The notes beneath the pieces were generated by a model. That model searched no databases and had not been told where the DNA came from. It saw nothing but the letters and a program-made list of their open reading frames with translations. Shown piece after piece: positions 51,645 through 64,000 of a stretch of DNA of 64,000 nt. Position 1 is the stretch's first letter. Every line of letters starts with the position of its first letter. Source of the stretch: Podarcis vaucheri (Eukaryota); assembly GCA_965113315.1 (NCBI GenBank), contig OZ220371.1; one strand, written 5' to 3'. Both the position numbers and the translations under genes were made by a program.

Positions 51645-53775
51645 ATTCTGTGTCCACTGCTCAATCCTTATTGAGCTGTCATTGGGGTTTCCCCAGCTCC
51701 AGAACTTTTTTGTCCTTCTGCACATCTTTTGAGCCTGCTGATGCCTCCCTCCTGTGCACAGGTGGGCCCATTTTGGATACACAAGTTGCAGCATTCAGAG
51801 AATTGAGTTGAGCATGTTATTAGTAAATACAGTTGGGGCCTACAATAAAGTGTTGTAGTCTTGAGTTCTTCTGTTTATGAATCTACCTATGTCACTGTTA
51901 TATCAGGTGATTGAAAGGTGAGCAGCTCCACCCACCTGTTAAACTCGACCTGAGATGGATGGAGGAAATATTTATTGGTCTGCAGATCTGATATGGTTCC
52001 CCACCCCTGAGGTAACTATGTATGGAACAAGATGAAACTGTTTAGAACCCATGAGGAACAAGGCTCCGGTTCAGCTCCTGTTCCTTAAAACACTAACCAT
52101 TAGCTTTTGTCTCAATACACACATGAACACATGTATCAGCAGGAAATGAGATAGTCACAAGGCTATTTTTATATTTCATGCAACAAGACTTATATCACCC
52201 TGAAAACAATCAGGAACCCTAAATGTTAAAGGGAAGGGAACGGAGTGGCCAATACAATTTACTGCAGTTTTGTTGTTAAGTTTCACCGAGTAGCTCAATA
52301 TTAACAAATCTTGCAATTTCACATATTTTTTTTGAATATTACAGAAAATCCTATTCTTCCACCTGAACTGTATACCTTTTTATCAAGAACTGATCTGTTA
52401 AAAGTTTTCAAAAGGGTTAAGGTTGTGGAATGTTACAGATAATTCTCTCTCTTTTTCAGTGAATGGTGCTGATTTCTACAAGGCACACCAAGTTTAAAAC
52501 AGATTCTTCCAGAGACTAGTTTCACTGAGTTACAAAATGCAAAAATAAAGTTTGAGCAGTTGCTTTTCCAGGCCGACATTTACAAATAACCATTTTGGAT
52601 GTTCTCCCCCATCCTGGCAACCTGGCCTTTGAAAAATATCCTACAGTCCTTTTTCCCAAGCAATTTAATGTGTGCTTGGGAAGGGCAATTAAATTGTCAG
52701 AATTTTTTTAAAAAATGTTTTAAACTAGAAGGTAGCCTGGAGTATAGTCATGGGGTTGATATTGATTGTCTGAACAGAGAACATTAGTCTTCAGGTATTT
52801 ACTCTGCCACCTCTGCACCAGAGGCTCTCCTTCAGATCAAATCAATCCCTTGAAGAGATGGTTACTGAAATACATAAATGAGGCTGCAACAGAGCTGATT
52901 TTTGCTCTCTAGGCATTACTATGTCTTGGTTTCTGATTGTTTTTGAATCTTTTCCACTTCTTCCAATTGTAAACTTTAACAGACTGCATCCTCTTGGGTA
53001 GGAGCTATGGGAACAGTCCTTTTCCCATTTGAAATTCATTGTAAAACCCACTACTTAAATGGAAACATCTTATTTTGTTTCAATATTTAAACTGTATAGT
53101 GTGAATTCTGCCACAATGCAGAACACCAGTTTTAGCAAGAACTATGCTAATTGTGAGATATTAATAATAGACTTGTTTATTTTTATTCTGGATTTATAAG
53201 TAAAGCAGTTTACAAGGTAAACTAAAGTAAGCAGAATCTGTAAGTAAAAGGAATCATTTGACAGTGTAACAAAAGAAAACATTCCCCACTGGAAAGACTA
53301 TCAGCCTGATCCACATCCCAGTTCCGCTTAAATACTTGGAATTAAACCAAAGCTGTTCCCCCTTGAACAAAATGGGTATGAATTGGCTTGAATCCAGTTG
53401 CTTTGAGACAAATGGATTTTGGAACGGAGTGTATATAATTGAAATAGAATGCTCTGTAATTAATTATTAAAAAGAAGCCACAGGACAGAAGAACAGAAGT
53501 CCACCAGGAATGTTGGTGACATCCTAAATGCAGGAACATAGATTCAAAGGTAGGTCACCAGAATTGCAGTTCAGATCATATCTCTATAAGATGCCATGCT
53601 CATTTATTATCAAAGTGCCATTTTAATAGCAATTCTACATTACCATATACTCCACTGTAGTCCCTCTTGTAAAGGTCCTCCATGCACTAAGTTCCAACAT
53701 CAGAGGCAGTGTAGAAAAGCATCCTCAGGTAACTGTTTCAGTTTCATGAAGCTTCCTGACTCCCTTCCTATAGGC

Positions 53776-53984
53776 CAGGCATGTCCAAAAGTCCATTTTG
53801 GGGGCCTGCCGGTCAATTTAATTTAGCTCCTGTGGCAGTATATGTCCTGGGGTAAAATCCTAAAAAAAAGCTAAAAAGCTTTAACTCTAAAAAAAGCTCA
53901 ACAACTTTGGTCAACACTTTGGTCAACAATGAATGTTCAGATCATAAAATCTGGCCCTCTTTGAAAAAGGTTTGGGCACCCCTG
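53776..53984. mobile_element. hAT MITE; inverted, uninterrupted relative of the outer element at 4699-5232
   Basis: CAGGCATGTCCAAA...TTTGGGCACCCCTG; internal cctggggtaaaatcctaaaa is the reverse complement of 5133-5152. Confidence 0.8.
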
Positions 53985-54529
53985 CTATTTCAAATGGTCA
54001 ATTCCTTCCACTTTTTTTTGCTACACAAACTATATTCAAGTATGTCTTGCTACAGTGGAGAACCCTGCTCCACAATCACAGAAATATCTCTAACACATAT
54101 CCACATACCGCTAGTTCACATGATACTTTTCTCCACGCAGATGGAGGCACTATATGAAAAAAGTATTTTGTGAACCTGCTCTGAGACATTTTCATTTTGC
54201 ACAAGTTTATGGTGCCTGGGTTAAAATTCTGTGTGCGCTGGGAATCTCTATTTAGTAAAGTCACAATGTTTGATTGGTTAATTAATTCACAGTTTTTAAA
54301 ACCTTCATGCAACTCTAAGAATCAGAAAGCATTTTTTTTATTAAAAAACATTATTTTTAATGCAAATTCTTATAAATACTGCAGATCAGCAACTATATGA
54401 AAGAAAACATGTTCCAATGCTAGCTATGAGATACTCATGTATCATCAAAACAAAGTATCCTTCACGCTTTATTAACTAATTGGCAACTAACTAATGACTG
54501 CCCAGTTGTACAACAGAAATCCACTAGTA

Positions 54530-54771
54530 CAGTGGTACCTCGGGTTAAGTACTTAATTCGTTCCGGAGGTCCGTACTTAACCTGAAACTGTTCTTAACCT
54601 GAAGCACCACTTTAGCTAATGGGGCCCCCTGCTGCTGCCGCGCTGCTGGAGCACAATTTCTGTTCTCATCCTGAAGCAAAGTTCTTAACCTGAAGCACTA
54701 ATTCTGGGTTAGTGGAGTCTGTAACCTGAAGCGTATGTAACCTGAAGCGTATGTAACTTGAGGTACCACTG
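54530..54771. mobile_element. Tc1/mariner MITE, 242 bp, same family as 47736-47977
   Basis: Same TIRs and length; TA TSD. Confidence 0.92.
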
Positions 54772-56976
54772 TACAATGGAATTTCTAGTTTCTCTCCTCT
54801 GCCCTCTAGAACCCACATGCCCCTCTAAATTTGCTCCACAGTCCCCCCCAACCCTACAGAACAGATTTGGGAGCAGGGAAAGAGAAGTCCCACTTCACAA
54901 GCCGCATTAGAACCCACCCAATGTTTTACTCACAGGCAAATGTAATCAATAATTCAATCAATAAAATCAACTAAAACTCATAACGAAACAACTAAGCTTT
55001 CTTTAACTATGGAGCAACCTTATTTAGACTTTCAGGCCACCATGTACAGTTCTTTTTGTTTATGGTTCATTTGAATCTCAAAAGAATTGAGATCTACTGT
55101 TACAAAGGAAATTAGGGTTTCCTACTAAGTGCACACAAGCCTTGAACTCACTTAAGCAGTTTGTTAGATCTCAGCTGCTTCATTTTATTTTATTTTATTT
55201 TTTAAATATTTGCTTGTTGTTACTTACACTGAGCCCCAAGAATTAGACAGGTCCAAATAAATAAATAGTTGCCTTAATAGTGTTCTTTACTTTCTCTGAT
55301 TCAAAAAGCTATGTTTAATCTTGATGATGGCAACTGAGATCAGAAGACCTATCACAGGGCTGGTACTTATTCTACTCACTCAACTCCCTTTGAAGCAATT
55401 CACTTATTGGACTGTATTGCAACTGGTGCATATGGTTGGCCATTTTCTACAATAACTACAGTGAGAAATGACAGATTGTACAGTACATTATTTTTGTCAC
55501 CTGTACCATTCTACAGAACTTAGCATATTCCCAATGTATGCAATGTAAGAGTGTTTGTCACATGTGACTATGACAAACAGTAGTGAAATTTTAGTTTTTA
55601 AGACTGTCTGAAAAACAATTTCTGCATTCTTCAGAAGTATTATCCAGTTGGATTATTACTAATATAATATTGCACACTGCATTGCTTTTAACAATAAGGA
55701 GACAAATGAATATTAAAAATGACTAAAATATTAATTGTTCTTTAATATGAATGGTTAAATTATTTCATAAAGTGTGCAACTGACCCACATTAGAAAAGTT
55801 GAAATTAAATGTTGGCAGTTAATTATTGCAAATATGAGTAGGCTTACAATTGAAAAGTATCAAGCTTTACTAAAACTAAGTATATATAGACAAAGACAAT
55901 TTGCACTCTTTAAGCCTTTAGTGTACAGTAGAACAAAATGTACAAGCAGTTTCAAAGCAGAAGAAGCCTAATTAATTCTACATCTCATTTCTCCCTTTCT
56001 TCTTTAGCAGGATCTTTAGCAGGATCTAAGACCATTATCATGTTTAGATCACATTATTGACTCTTCCCTGTTTGGTCATTTATTTCAAAGGACTTGCGTC
56101 ATATTTGGCATTATAGTTGCTGACATATTTGAAGACATGAGTGCAAGAGGTTAAGATGCTTGGCCCAGAACAAACTTTCCAAATTATGTTAACCTTCCTA
56201 GACACCCATACAACACTAACATAATTTCAAATAGAAATTACCATTTAAAAAAAAATAAAAATAGAAAATGTGAGTTAAATTGGAAAATGGGAAAGAACTA
56301 TTCAATGAGAGTTTGGTAACTTGCTCCCTGCTCCAATATTCACTTCCAAAGTATTTCTAATAAGAAAGATTAAATCTCAGTTTTAAACTAATTTTCAGTA
56401 CAATTTGTTTGATTTGGCTCATTTTTATAGGAAAGCATAACACATGGTAATACTGAGTTTTAAAATAATTACAGATAAACAATTACCTTTAAACATAGTA
56501 TATATTCTTCTAATGTATTTCTGATTTGCATTACTTCAATTAAGACAAAATGAGCTAACATGTAGGAGAATTAAACAGGGTTCCTGAAAATATAGTAAGC
56601 TCTGTACACAGTCTTCATATTCTGATGACATTAATTAAAATAATCAGTGGGGATTTTTTTCAAAGGGAAAATATGCCTTGCTCATACTGCTACAGTTCAT
56701 GTAAGGTAATTTGTCACAAAACCATACCAAGGGAATAAAGGAATCTTCTACCTTTGTCTCAAATCACTGCTAAGTTCAGCCTCCTATGCAAAGGACTCGT
56801 ACAGGGAGATGCCATTAAGATATAATTAGGTCTTGAAATGCACAGGTCAGGGAAAGAAACTTAAGGGACCTCTGAATGTGAAAGTATTTCACCTCCTCTC
56901 AGATGACTGGAGCTTGACGCTCCATTGCCATGCATTGTACCTGCTGCTATTGTCAAGAAGCAGATTTTACACTGAC

Positions 56977-57101
56977 CATGGTCTATGGCTGTTTTTAACG
57001 TCGCTTCAGGATGTGTCGATCCAAGGGGGTTACGCACAAATCGTCGCCGGCGCCGCAAGTCATCTTCCCAGTAGTCAAGGCGCCAGAACTCACGAGGACG
57101 A
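56977..57101 (-). CDS. LRBA: LRBA coding exon, 125 bp: (S)[41 protein letters not shown]
   Basis: Peptide matches the LRBA/NBEA segment upstream of the PH domain. Acceptor tttcattgtag, donor G|gtcagt; phase 2 in, phase 1 out. Confidence 0.95.
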
Positions 57102-57303
57102 CTACAATGAAACAGAGGAACCACATATGTTAGCAATTATCAAACAGCATGGTAGCACTGAATTTCTGCATAAAGCTTTCCTTGTTTGCTCTTTTTCTTT
57201 TTCAAAAAAGCACCCTAAGCCCTTTTCTGCGATCTTAAAACTTAGGTATGTCCTTGAAAATAACAATATCACCTTCCAGTCTGAGGAACTCCTTTCCCTC
57301 CCC

Positions 57304-57763
57304 NNNNNNNNNNNNNNNNNNNNNNNNNNNNNNNNNNNNNNNNNNNNNNNNNNNNNNNNNNNNNNNNNNNNNNNNNNNNNNNNNNNNNNNNNNNNNNNNN
57401 NNNNNNNNNNNNNNNNNNNNNNNNNNNNNNNNNNNNNNNNNNNNNNNNNNNATTTATAAAGCANNNNNNNNNNNNNNNNNNNNNNNNNNNNNNNNNNNNN
57501 NNNNNNNNNNNNNNNNNNNNNNNNNNNNNNNNNNNNNNNNNNNNNNNNNNNNNNNNNNNNNNNNNNNNNNNNNNNNNNNNNNNNNNNNNNNNNNNAAGAA
57601 AGTGTTAACTTTAATGAATACTTCTGTTACANNNNNNNNNNNNNNNNNNNNNNNNNNNNNNNNNNNNNNNNNNNNNNNNNNNNNNNNNNNNNNNNNNNNN
57701 NNNNNNNNNNNNNNNNNNNNNNNNNNNNNNNNNNNNNNNNNNNNNNNNNNNNNNNNNNNNNNN
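57304..57763. other. Gapped region: three N runs separated by 12-bp and 36-bp sequence islands
   Basis: N runs at 57304-57451, 57464-57595 and 57632-57763. Confidence 1.
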
Positions 57764-59673
57764 ATTTCCTGTTTTTAAATAAACCATTCCAGGAGAGTAA
57801 AACAGCAATCTATTTTCAAACAAATCTGATTGGATTTCTGTTTTATGTAGCTGCATGTTTCCATTTAATTAAGAACTGCATGTTATGGTGCACAATATCG
57901 AAGGTATACTTTTTAAAATTTACATTTAGAAAAAGGTTCTATCACACTTGTTATTTTCCACACTGTATTATTCAAATATGCATAGATCGTTTTAATATGG
58001 CTATATATAAATGCCAGTTCCTATCTTGTTATGTGATCATGAGCGAGTGTGCTGTAAAACTGTATATTAACCATTAAAAACTGCAAAAACAGCAAATTCA
58101 GGTGCATGTTCATACCTATATATGCAAATACATTGTATTATATGTAAAGTAATAAAGCCTACAGGAATAACACTAGAGATCTACAGCCAACATCTGCATG
58201 CTCCAATTACAAAATTAGAATTTTATTTATAAAAGAATGGCTCCTCCAAGAATGGCAAACCAACACTACAAACTATAATCTCATTTCTTTTCATGAGCTA
58301 ATAATCATTGTATATCTGACAACTCTGACAAATTAATAGGTCTGATTAATTTATAGATTACAAATGATTGGACACACAATATCTGTATTCCTCTTCTTTA
58401 ATTATTTAGACTCCAGAAAGAGAAAATATTTTTTGTTAGAGTGAATCTAGCTATCTAAAAGAAGAGCTACAAGCCTACTACGCAGTTAGAGCCATTAATT
58501 CTTTTTAAAGTCCACATTCAATAGTAACGCATTGTACAAAAAAATAATACATGCAAAATGTGAATTTTCATTAATAAATTCAATTCAGGTATTATCTGAA
58601 TCCATTTTAACTGAATGCTCTGCATTGCATTTTTACTATTTTTAAACTTACACAGAATTGAGGAACTTATTTTCTGCAGAATTTATAAAAGCACAGTTAT
58701 ATGCCTAAGAAAAAGCTACATTTGCTCAAAGCGTGATTAATAACTTAAAATTCTCCATTAGCGATTACAAAAAAAGGCAGAACGCAGCTGGCTATGTGTA
58801 TGCATTTGATAGTCATGGAGCATGGATAGCCACTTCATCATTCTGCCTTCCTTCATTTATCTGTTAAAATTACTATCAAATATCAAGTAGGATAGAGTCG
58901 TGAATCACAAACTGCTCCTCATTTTCAGGGGAATGATACAATGAGAGTCTATTCATCAGTATGGCAATCGGCACAAGTAATTAGTCCCTTAGACTGAGAT
59001 CTCTTGCAAACCTTATTGTATCCAGTGCCACAAACATATGACAATGAAAAGCTAATGGAGGCTTCTAAAATTTGTTAACTGCTTTGGCCATCAATCCTTC
59101 CAGTTCTCTGCACTGCAGTATTATGCAAAGATTGTAAATTATTCATGCCATCCATTCATCTTTCTGCACTTTTGATTAAATTAAACAATGCTGTTTTTTC
59201 TGGCTGTAATTGCAACATGTGAAGCAGCTATGTTAAAAGTAAGTAAAAGTAGATGCAACCATGCAGCAAGACATGAACATTTCTGGGAAATTCACCATCT
59301 TTAGTCCCCCCCATCCTGCCTCATTAGATGATAGCTCACGTTTGCCTTAATTAGTTAATGTATAATGACACTAAGGTACAGGATGTGTTTTAGGACATTT
59401 GCATCAGGAAGAAAAACTGTCCCTGGACACAGAGAATCATTTCTAGAATAGTATAACATTAAAAATAAACACTTTCACTGGATAAGATTTATTAAATGTT
59501 GAACCATGAAAGGGAATATCATGAATTCAGTAGCAGGTCAAGTGTTCTTATGAAAATAAGCAAATCAGTTTCAACAGAAGTTGGACAGTATTTCATGAAA
59601 CAGCCTTCATACCCTTTTACTGCATTTGCCACCACAGGAAGACACACAACCTCAATATCTATTTGGACAATTA

Positions 59674-60201
59674 CCGTATTTTTCGCTCTATGGGACGCAC
59701 CCGACCATAGGACGCACCTTGTTTTAGAGGGGGAGAACAAGAAAAAAAATTCTCACCCTCTCCGCTCAGCACCCCTTCAGCAAAGCGGCAGGAGAAACGG
59801 AGCCCCTTCCATTTCTCCTCCCGCTTGGCTGAAGAAGCACTGTGCAGCTCTCCTTCTCTGCTGAAGCCAGGAGAGTCTTGCTCTCCCAGCTTCAGCGAAA
59901 GGAACCTGAAGCCTCCGGAGTGAAGCGGGAACTTGTGCTGCACTCCGAAGGCTTCAGGCGGCTATCCTTGAAGCCTGGAGAGTGAGAGGGGTCGGTGTGC
60001 ACCGACCCCTCTTGCTGTCCAGGCTTCAGCGAAAGCAACGCGAAGCCTCCAGAGCGCGGAGGGAGCACTCCTCTGCACTTCGGAGGCTTCGCATTGCTAT
60101 CGCTGAAGCCAAGGAGCCTGCATTCGCTCCATAGGATGCACACACATTTCCTCTTAATTTCTGGAGGGGGAAAAGTGCGTCCTATAGAGCGAAAAATACG
60201 G
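59674..60201. mobile_element. Tc1/mariner (pogo-like) non-autonomous element with internal hairpins
   Basis: Near-perfect TIRs CCGTATTTTTCGCTCTATGGGACGCAC...GTGCGTCCTATAGAGCGAAAAATACGG; TA TSD. Confidence 0.92.
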
Positions 60202-62449
60202 TAAATGAGACAAAATTAAACCTCTTGTGTTTACCTGATGATTGTGCATAAAAATAAAAACAGCTAAAATATATGAGTGCTTTCCTCTGTTGTGCTAGAT
60301 CTGTGGTTATATGTTTTTCTAACAGAGCTATTAAGTTTTACAAAAAGGTTAGATTAGATATTCAGAATGAAAAAGGTATTGTGAAGGACTGCTTGCTATG
60401 AAATGATGGTCAGGCAACAGACAGCATCAGCACAACTCCACGTTACCTGTCTCTCATATCTATGCCTTCTATCTTTGCTTGCAGCTAAATGTTCAGGACC
60501 AACACATTGCTCGATGAAACAGAAAGTACAAACCAGCATGAGATGCAAGAGCTTGCATTGGCAAGTAAATGGGAGTCAGTCACTTCTAGGAAGAGAAAGG
60601 GTTTTTAATCTGGAAGGAAAGTAGTGGACAGACACTTGCCAGAGATGGAAAGGGGTTGGGTACTATCCATAACAGATTGGGGAGCTAGGGAAATAAAAGA
60701 GGAGGTAGCAAGCGAATTGGTTCATCACTTCTATGCTTAGCCAATATTTTATATTTACTTATGTATTCATACCCCAATACATTCAATTTTACCACTCTCA
60801 CGGGGCTCATAAATAATTCAGAGCAATAGAACAAGCACACCCCAACATTTCGGCAACAAATTAAAATATATTAAAACAGTATAAAAACACCACAGAAACA
60901 GAGTCAAAACAAAGTCAAGCAATATTTAGAAGGCCTTGGGAATTTTAAAAAAGGCCCTTTTCTTACACCAAAACGACACAGGAGTTGGAACCAGATTCCT
61001 TGTTGGGTAGAGTGTTCTAGAGATGGGGCACTACAATATATTTATTTCTGATTTGCATAGATTCAGGTTTCAGATTTAGGAATTATCAATAATTCTTCTC
61101 TTTCACAGGAAGACACACTCTTCTTTTACAACAACAACACTTATACAGTGTGGGTGAACAAGGATATAGAAACTGCAACTATCAGTGACTAAGTGGTAGA
61201 GCATCACAATATTAGTTTCCTATGGAATTGGCTTTACTTATAAAAGTGCAGGAAAGGGACAATGGCTACAGTTGTGTAGGGAGAAAAGGTATTTATGAGA
61301 ATGGGCAACAAAAAAATGCAGACTAGTCATGAAGTGCATAGATTAGGCTGCTGTTTACTTTGAATCATGCAAAACTTCTGAGAACAACCCAAAATTGTAT
61401 GACTTTTATGAGGAGTGACCAAACCAAAGCTAGTATTTCACAGAAGTCAGTACAATCCAAAAACATATTGCGGCTGCAACGCCTAAGCTAGAACTGTTGT
61501 AAAAGGTAAAACTCTATCTGTGTGAAGCGCAATTTTGCAAAACAGAAAACCAGACAGAAAGTACAGTGCAGTAGCCTTAATAAACCACATGCTGTAATGA
61601 AAACAGGAGACTAGTCTGGAGCTCATTTCACAAGATGCCTGTTCAAAAGAAAAACATCTCGTGTTTCCTGGGCTGGAGGTTAAATACATCATGCAGGTAA
61701 AATGTTTGCTTATGCCTGGTCATGAGTGTGAGTTTTGTGCTGCTGAAGAAAGTGTCTGACTGACAGCTCTAGAAGTTGAGACTATTAATTATTCTCGTAA
61801 CAGATTCAGTTATGATTATCATCCAATAAACCTTCTCAAAATGTTACCTTAGGCATATCTGAAAGTATCAGAAGTGCCTAAGAGGATGACAAGATGCTAG
61901 AGTAGTAGAACATGTGTACTAAACTACAATGTTTTTACTATGTTTTTATAAGTAGTGTAAGCCACCCAGAGTGGCTGGGGAAACCCAGTCAGATGGGTGG
62001 AGTGAAGAGGAAGAAGAGGAGGAGGAGGAGGAGTTGTTTGTGCCAATTGACTGCAAAACATAATCCCTTCAAAGCTTTTAAATGGGAATTCTCACTGTGA
62101 ATTGCTGTTCTCAAGGGGTGGCAGAGAACATGAAGCACCTTTGTGATGCTGCCCCCTCTGGAGATGGAAGGCACTGTCAAAACACAACCCAGAGACAGGA
62201 CACAATTTGGGGGTGGGTGAGAAAGCACCCCCTGGACACCTACTTTGGCTAGAACAGCCTCATTTGGGGGGGGGAAGGACCATCCCCCAGTTTGGGAGCT
62301 GAGACCAAGAAAGGATGGCCAAAGTGGGGTTAGGACTTGGAACAGAAACTACAAGATGCTCAAAGGACCTCTTCTACATGTGCAGCAGCAGAAGCTGTAA
62401 GGAACTATCCCACCCTAAAGTCCCTGGGACCCAGGGCAGGGAGGAATGC

Positions 62450-63700
62450 CCTCCGGAATCCCAATTTACTGCAAGAATTTCTGTTTTCTAACTGACAGGG
62501 AATCCCAGATAAGATTATGTACCTTCAGGAGGTAGGTGAGCAGTACCAACTCACGGAAACAATCCTTAGAATGAGAGATGTCTTAACTCAGGATCTGCAC
62601 CTTTCTGTCGAAGTGTGCATTCACTTAGGCAGACACACTGATTTTATAGCGCTTTGTAAATGTGCAGACTGATGCCCACATTGGAGCCTTGCATATATCT
62701 AGGAATATGCAGCTTTCCCTAAGGGCCACCTAAACAGCTGAATGCCAAAGAGAGTGGGTGGTGCTGCTCACTCGGGGTGACTTCTCCAGTGCCTTGCAAG
62801 CCTATACTCTGTTTGTTGTTGTTTAGTCATGTCTGACTCTTCGTGACCCCATGTACCAGAGCACGCCAGGCACTCCTATCTTCCACTGCCTCCCGCAGTT
62901 TGGTCAAACTCATACTGGTAGCTTTGAGAACACTGTCCAACCACTATACTCTGTAAGGCACCTCAATATGGTGCACGTAGACATGTTCTTCCCCAAGCCC
63001 TTAGGATGTCTCATCTCACCCTTCTTAGCCATGGGGAGGGCCTTCTTCTTGACCTTGGTCTCCACCAATATCACCTCCAAAGGCTCCCCAAACAGCTACC
63101 CCATGTCAAACTTGGAGCTGCTCAACCTGGCCTGGGACACTAGGTTCACCCCTCAGTTCCTTAGCCAAATATTCCACCCTTCCAGGGTGTTTGCTGCCAT
63201 ACTCCTGGCATTAAGGTGGATGCAAGCCAAACAAAAAGTCTGCCAAAAGTGATGTAGATAGGACTATCTTCTTTAAACAGTCATTGAGCAGTTTGGGAGT
63301 GTTTGCTGCTCCAGGCTCCAGCCATCTCCTCTCCTCAACATGCATAGACTAGGTGAGGACCCAATGTGAAGGTGGTTCTGCCTATCATCCCCCCCAAAAA
63401 AAAAATTTAGGGAGATTGTGGATGGATCCTCCAAATCAGCTGCAAAGTCAGTATGTCAATGAAAGCTCCCGGGTGAATCAATCCCACGTGTACCAGCAGG
63501 TAGGCTGCTCCATGCTTCCTCCCTATTGCTGTCCATATCTGAAGAGCCCAATCTATTGCATGTGTCCTGGCACCCTAGCTGGGTATGAAGCCCAGGGCTG
63601 ATGGAAAGTTGATGTCTTACATCTTGGTGGGTGGGACTGACCTCACCCAGGGGCAGGGTGCCTGTCTAGGGCTCCTGGGCTATGGACGTGGATGAAACAG
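62450..63700 (-). mobile_element. Decayed, internally deleted DIRS-type tyrosine-recombinase retrotransposon
   Basis: Minus-strand remnants: Gag-like WLRN*GVNLVSQARLSSSKFDMG*LFGEPLEVILVETKVKKKALP (about 63030-63170) and YR box II THSLW...DICKAPMWASVCTFTKRYKI (62640-62760). Boundaries approximate. Confidence 0.7.
62813..62943 (-). mobile_element. RTE-BovB LINE, 5'-truncated 3' end
   Basis: Minus strand encodes WLDSVLKATSMSLTKLREAVEDRSAWRALVHGVTKS followed by a (CAA)n tail; 11-bp TSD CTATACTCTGT at 62802-62812 and 62944-62954. Confidence 0.9.
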
Positions 63701-64000
63701 AGGATTCCTCTGGTAGAGCTGCAAAAGGAGAAGCTAGCATAGTCCTTGTAGTCCCTTTTCCTCTTGCCCTTGAACCTTCTCTACTCTTGTCCCTTCTTTG
63801 CTTTGTGTCTCCTGTGTGGGGATCTTTTTCCCCAGACATTTTTCTCCCAGTGGGTGTTATTTTGAGCCCAAGCAAGAATAAATGGTGAGGAAGAGAGGAG
63901 GTCATTTTCTTCCTATGGATGTTGTGCTTTAAATGACCTACTAATCCAAATACATCAGCAGCACTATGTATCCCATAATGCATGTTTTATATCACCCCAA

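Noticed and set aside
42566-56976. Alternative LRBA micro-exon recalled from a longer human isoform in this intron
   Set aside because: No segment with matching peptide and valid splice sites was found by eye; the flanking exons already join in frame.
58810-58830. DSHGAW peptide resembling the preceding LRBA exon
   Set aside because: It is on the wrong strand and too short; coincidence.

Overview
Vertebrate genomic DNA, almost certainly a squamate and probably a lacertid lizard, judging from Sauria/Squam SINEs, BovB and lizard-type MITEs. The window lies inside LRBA, which runs on the minus strand. Three LRBA coding exons (57101-56977, 42565-42419, 39894-39758) have canonical GT/AG sites and compatible phases and encode the region leading into the PH domain. 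The intron after the third exon hosts the intronless gene MAB21L2 on the plus strand (ATG 35018 to stop 36097, 359 aa), with a CpG-island promoter, three uORFs and poly(A) signals. The best candidate for something undescribed is a 19-codon in-frame segment just upstream of the MAB21L2 ATG. It starts at a TTG in strong Kozak context and shows the same extreme third-position GC bias as the CDS, suggesting a non-AUG N-terminally extended proteoform. Other highlights are two extra CpG islands, several homeodomain-motif clusters, a zone of about 29 kb lacking young transposons, nested transposons and a deleted DIRS remnant. All homology and family calls come from recognition of sequence, not database searches.
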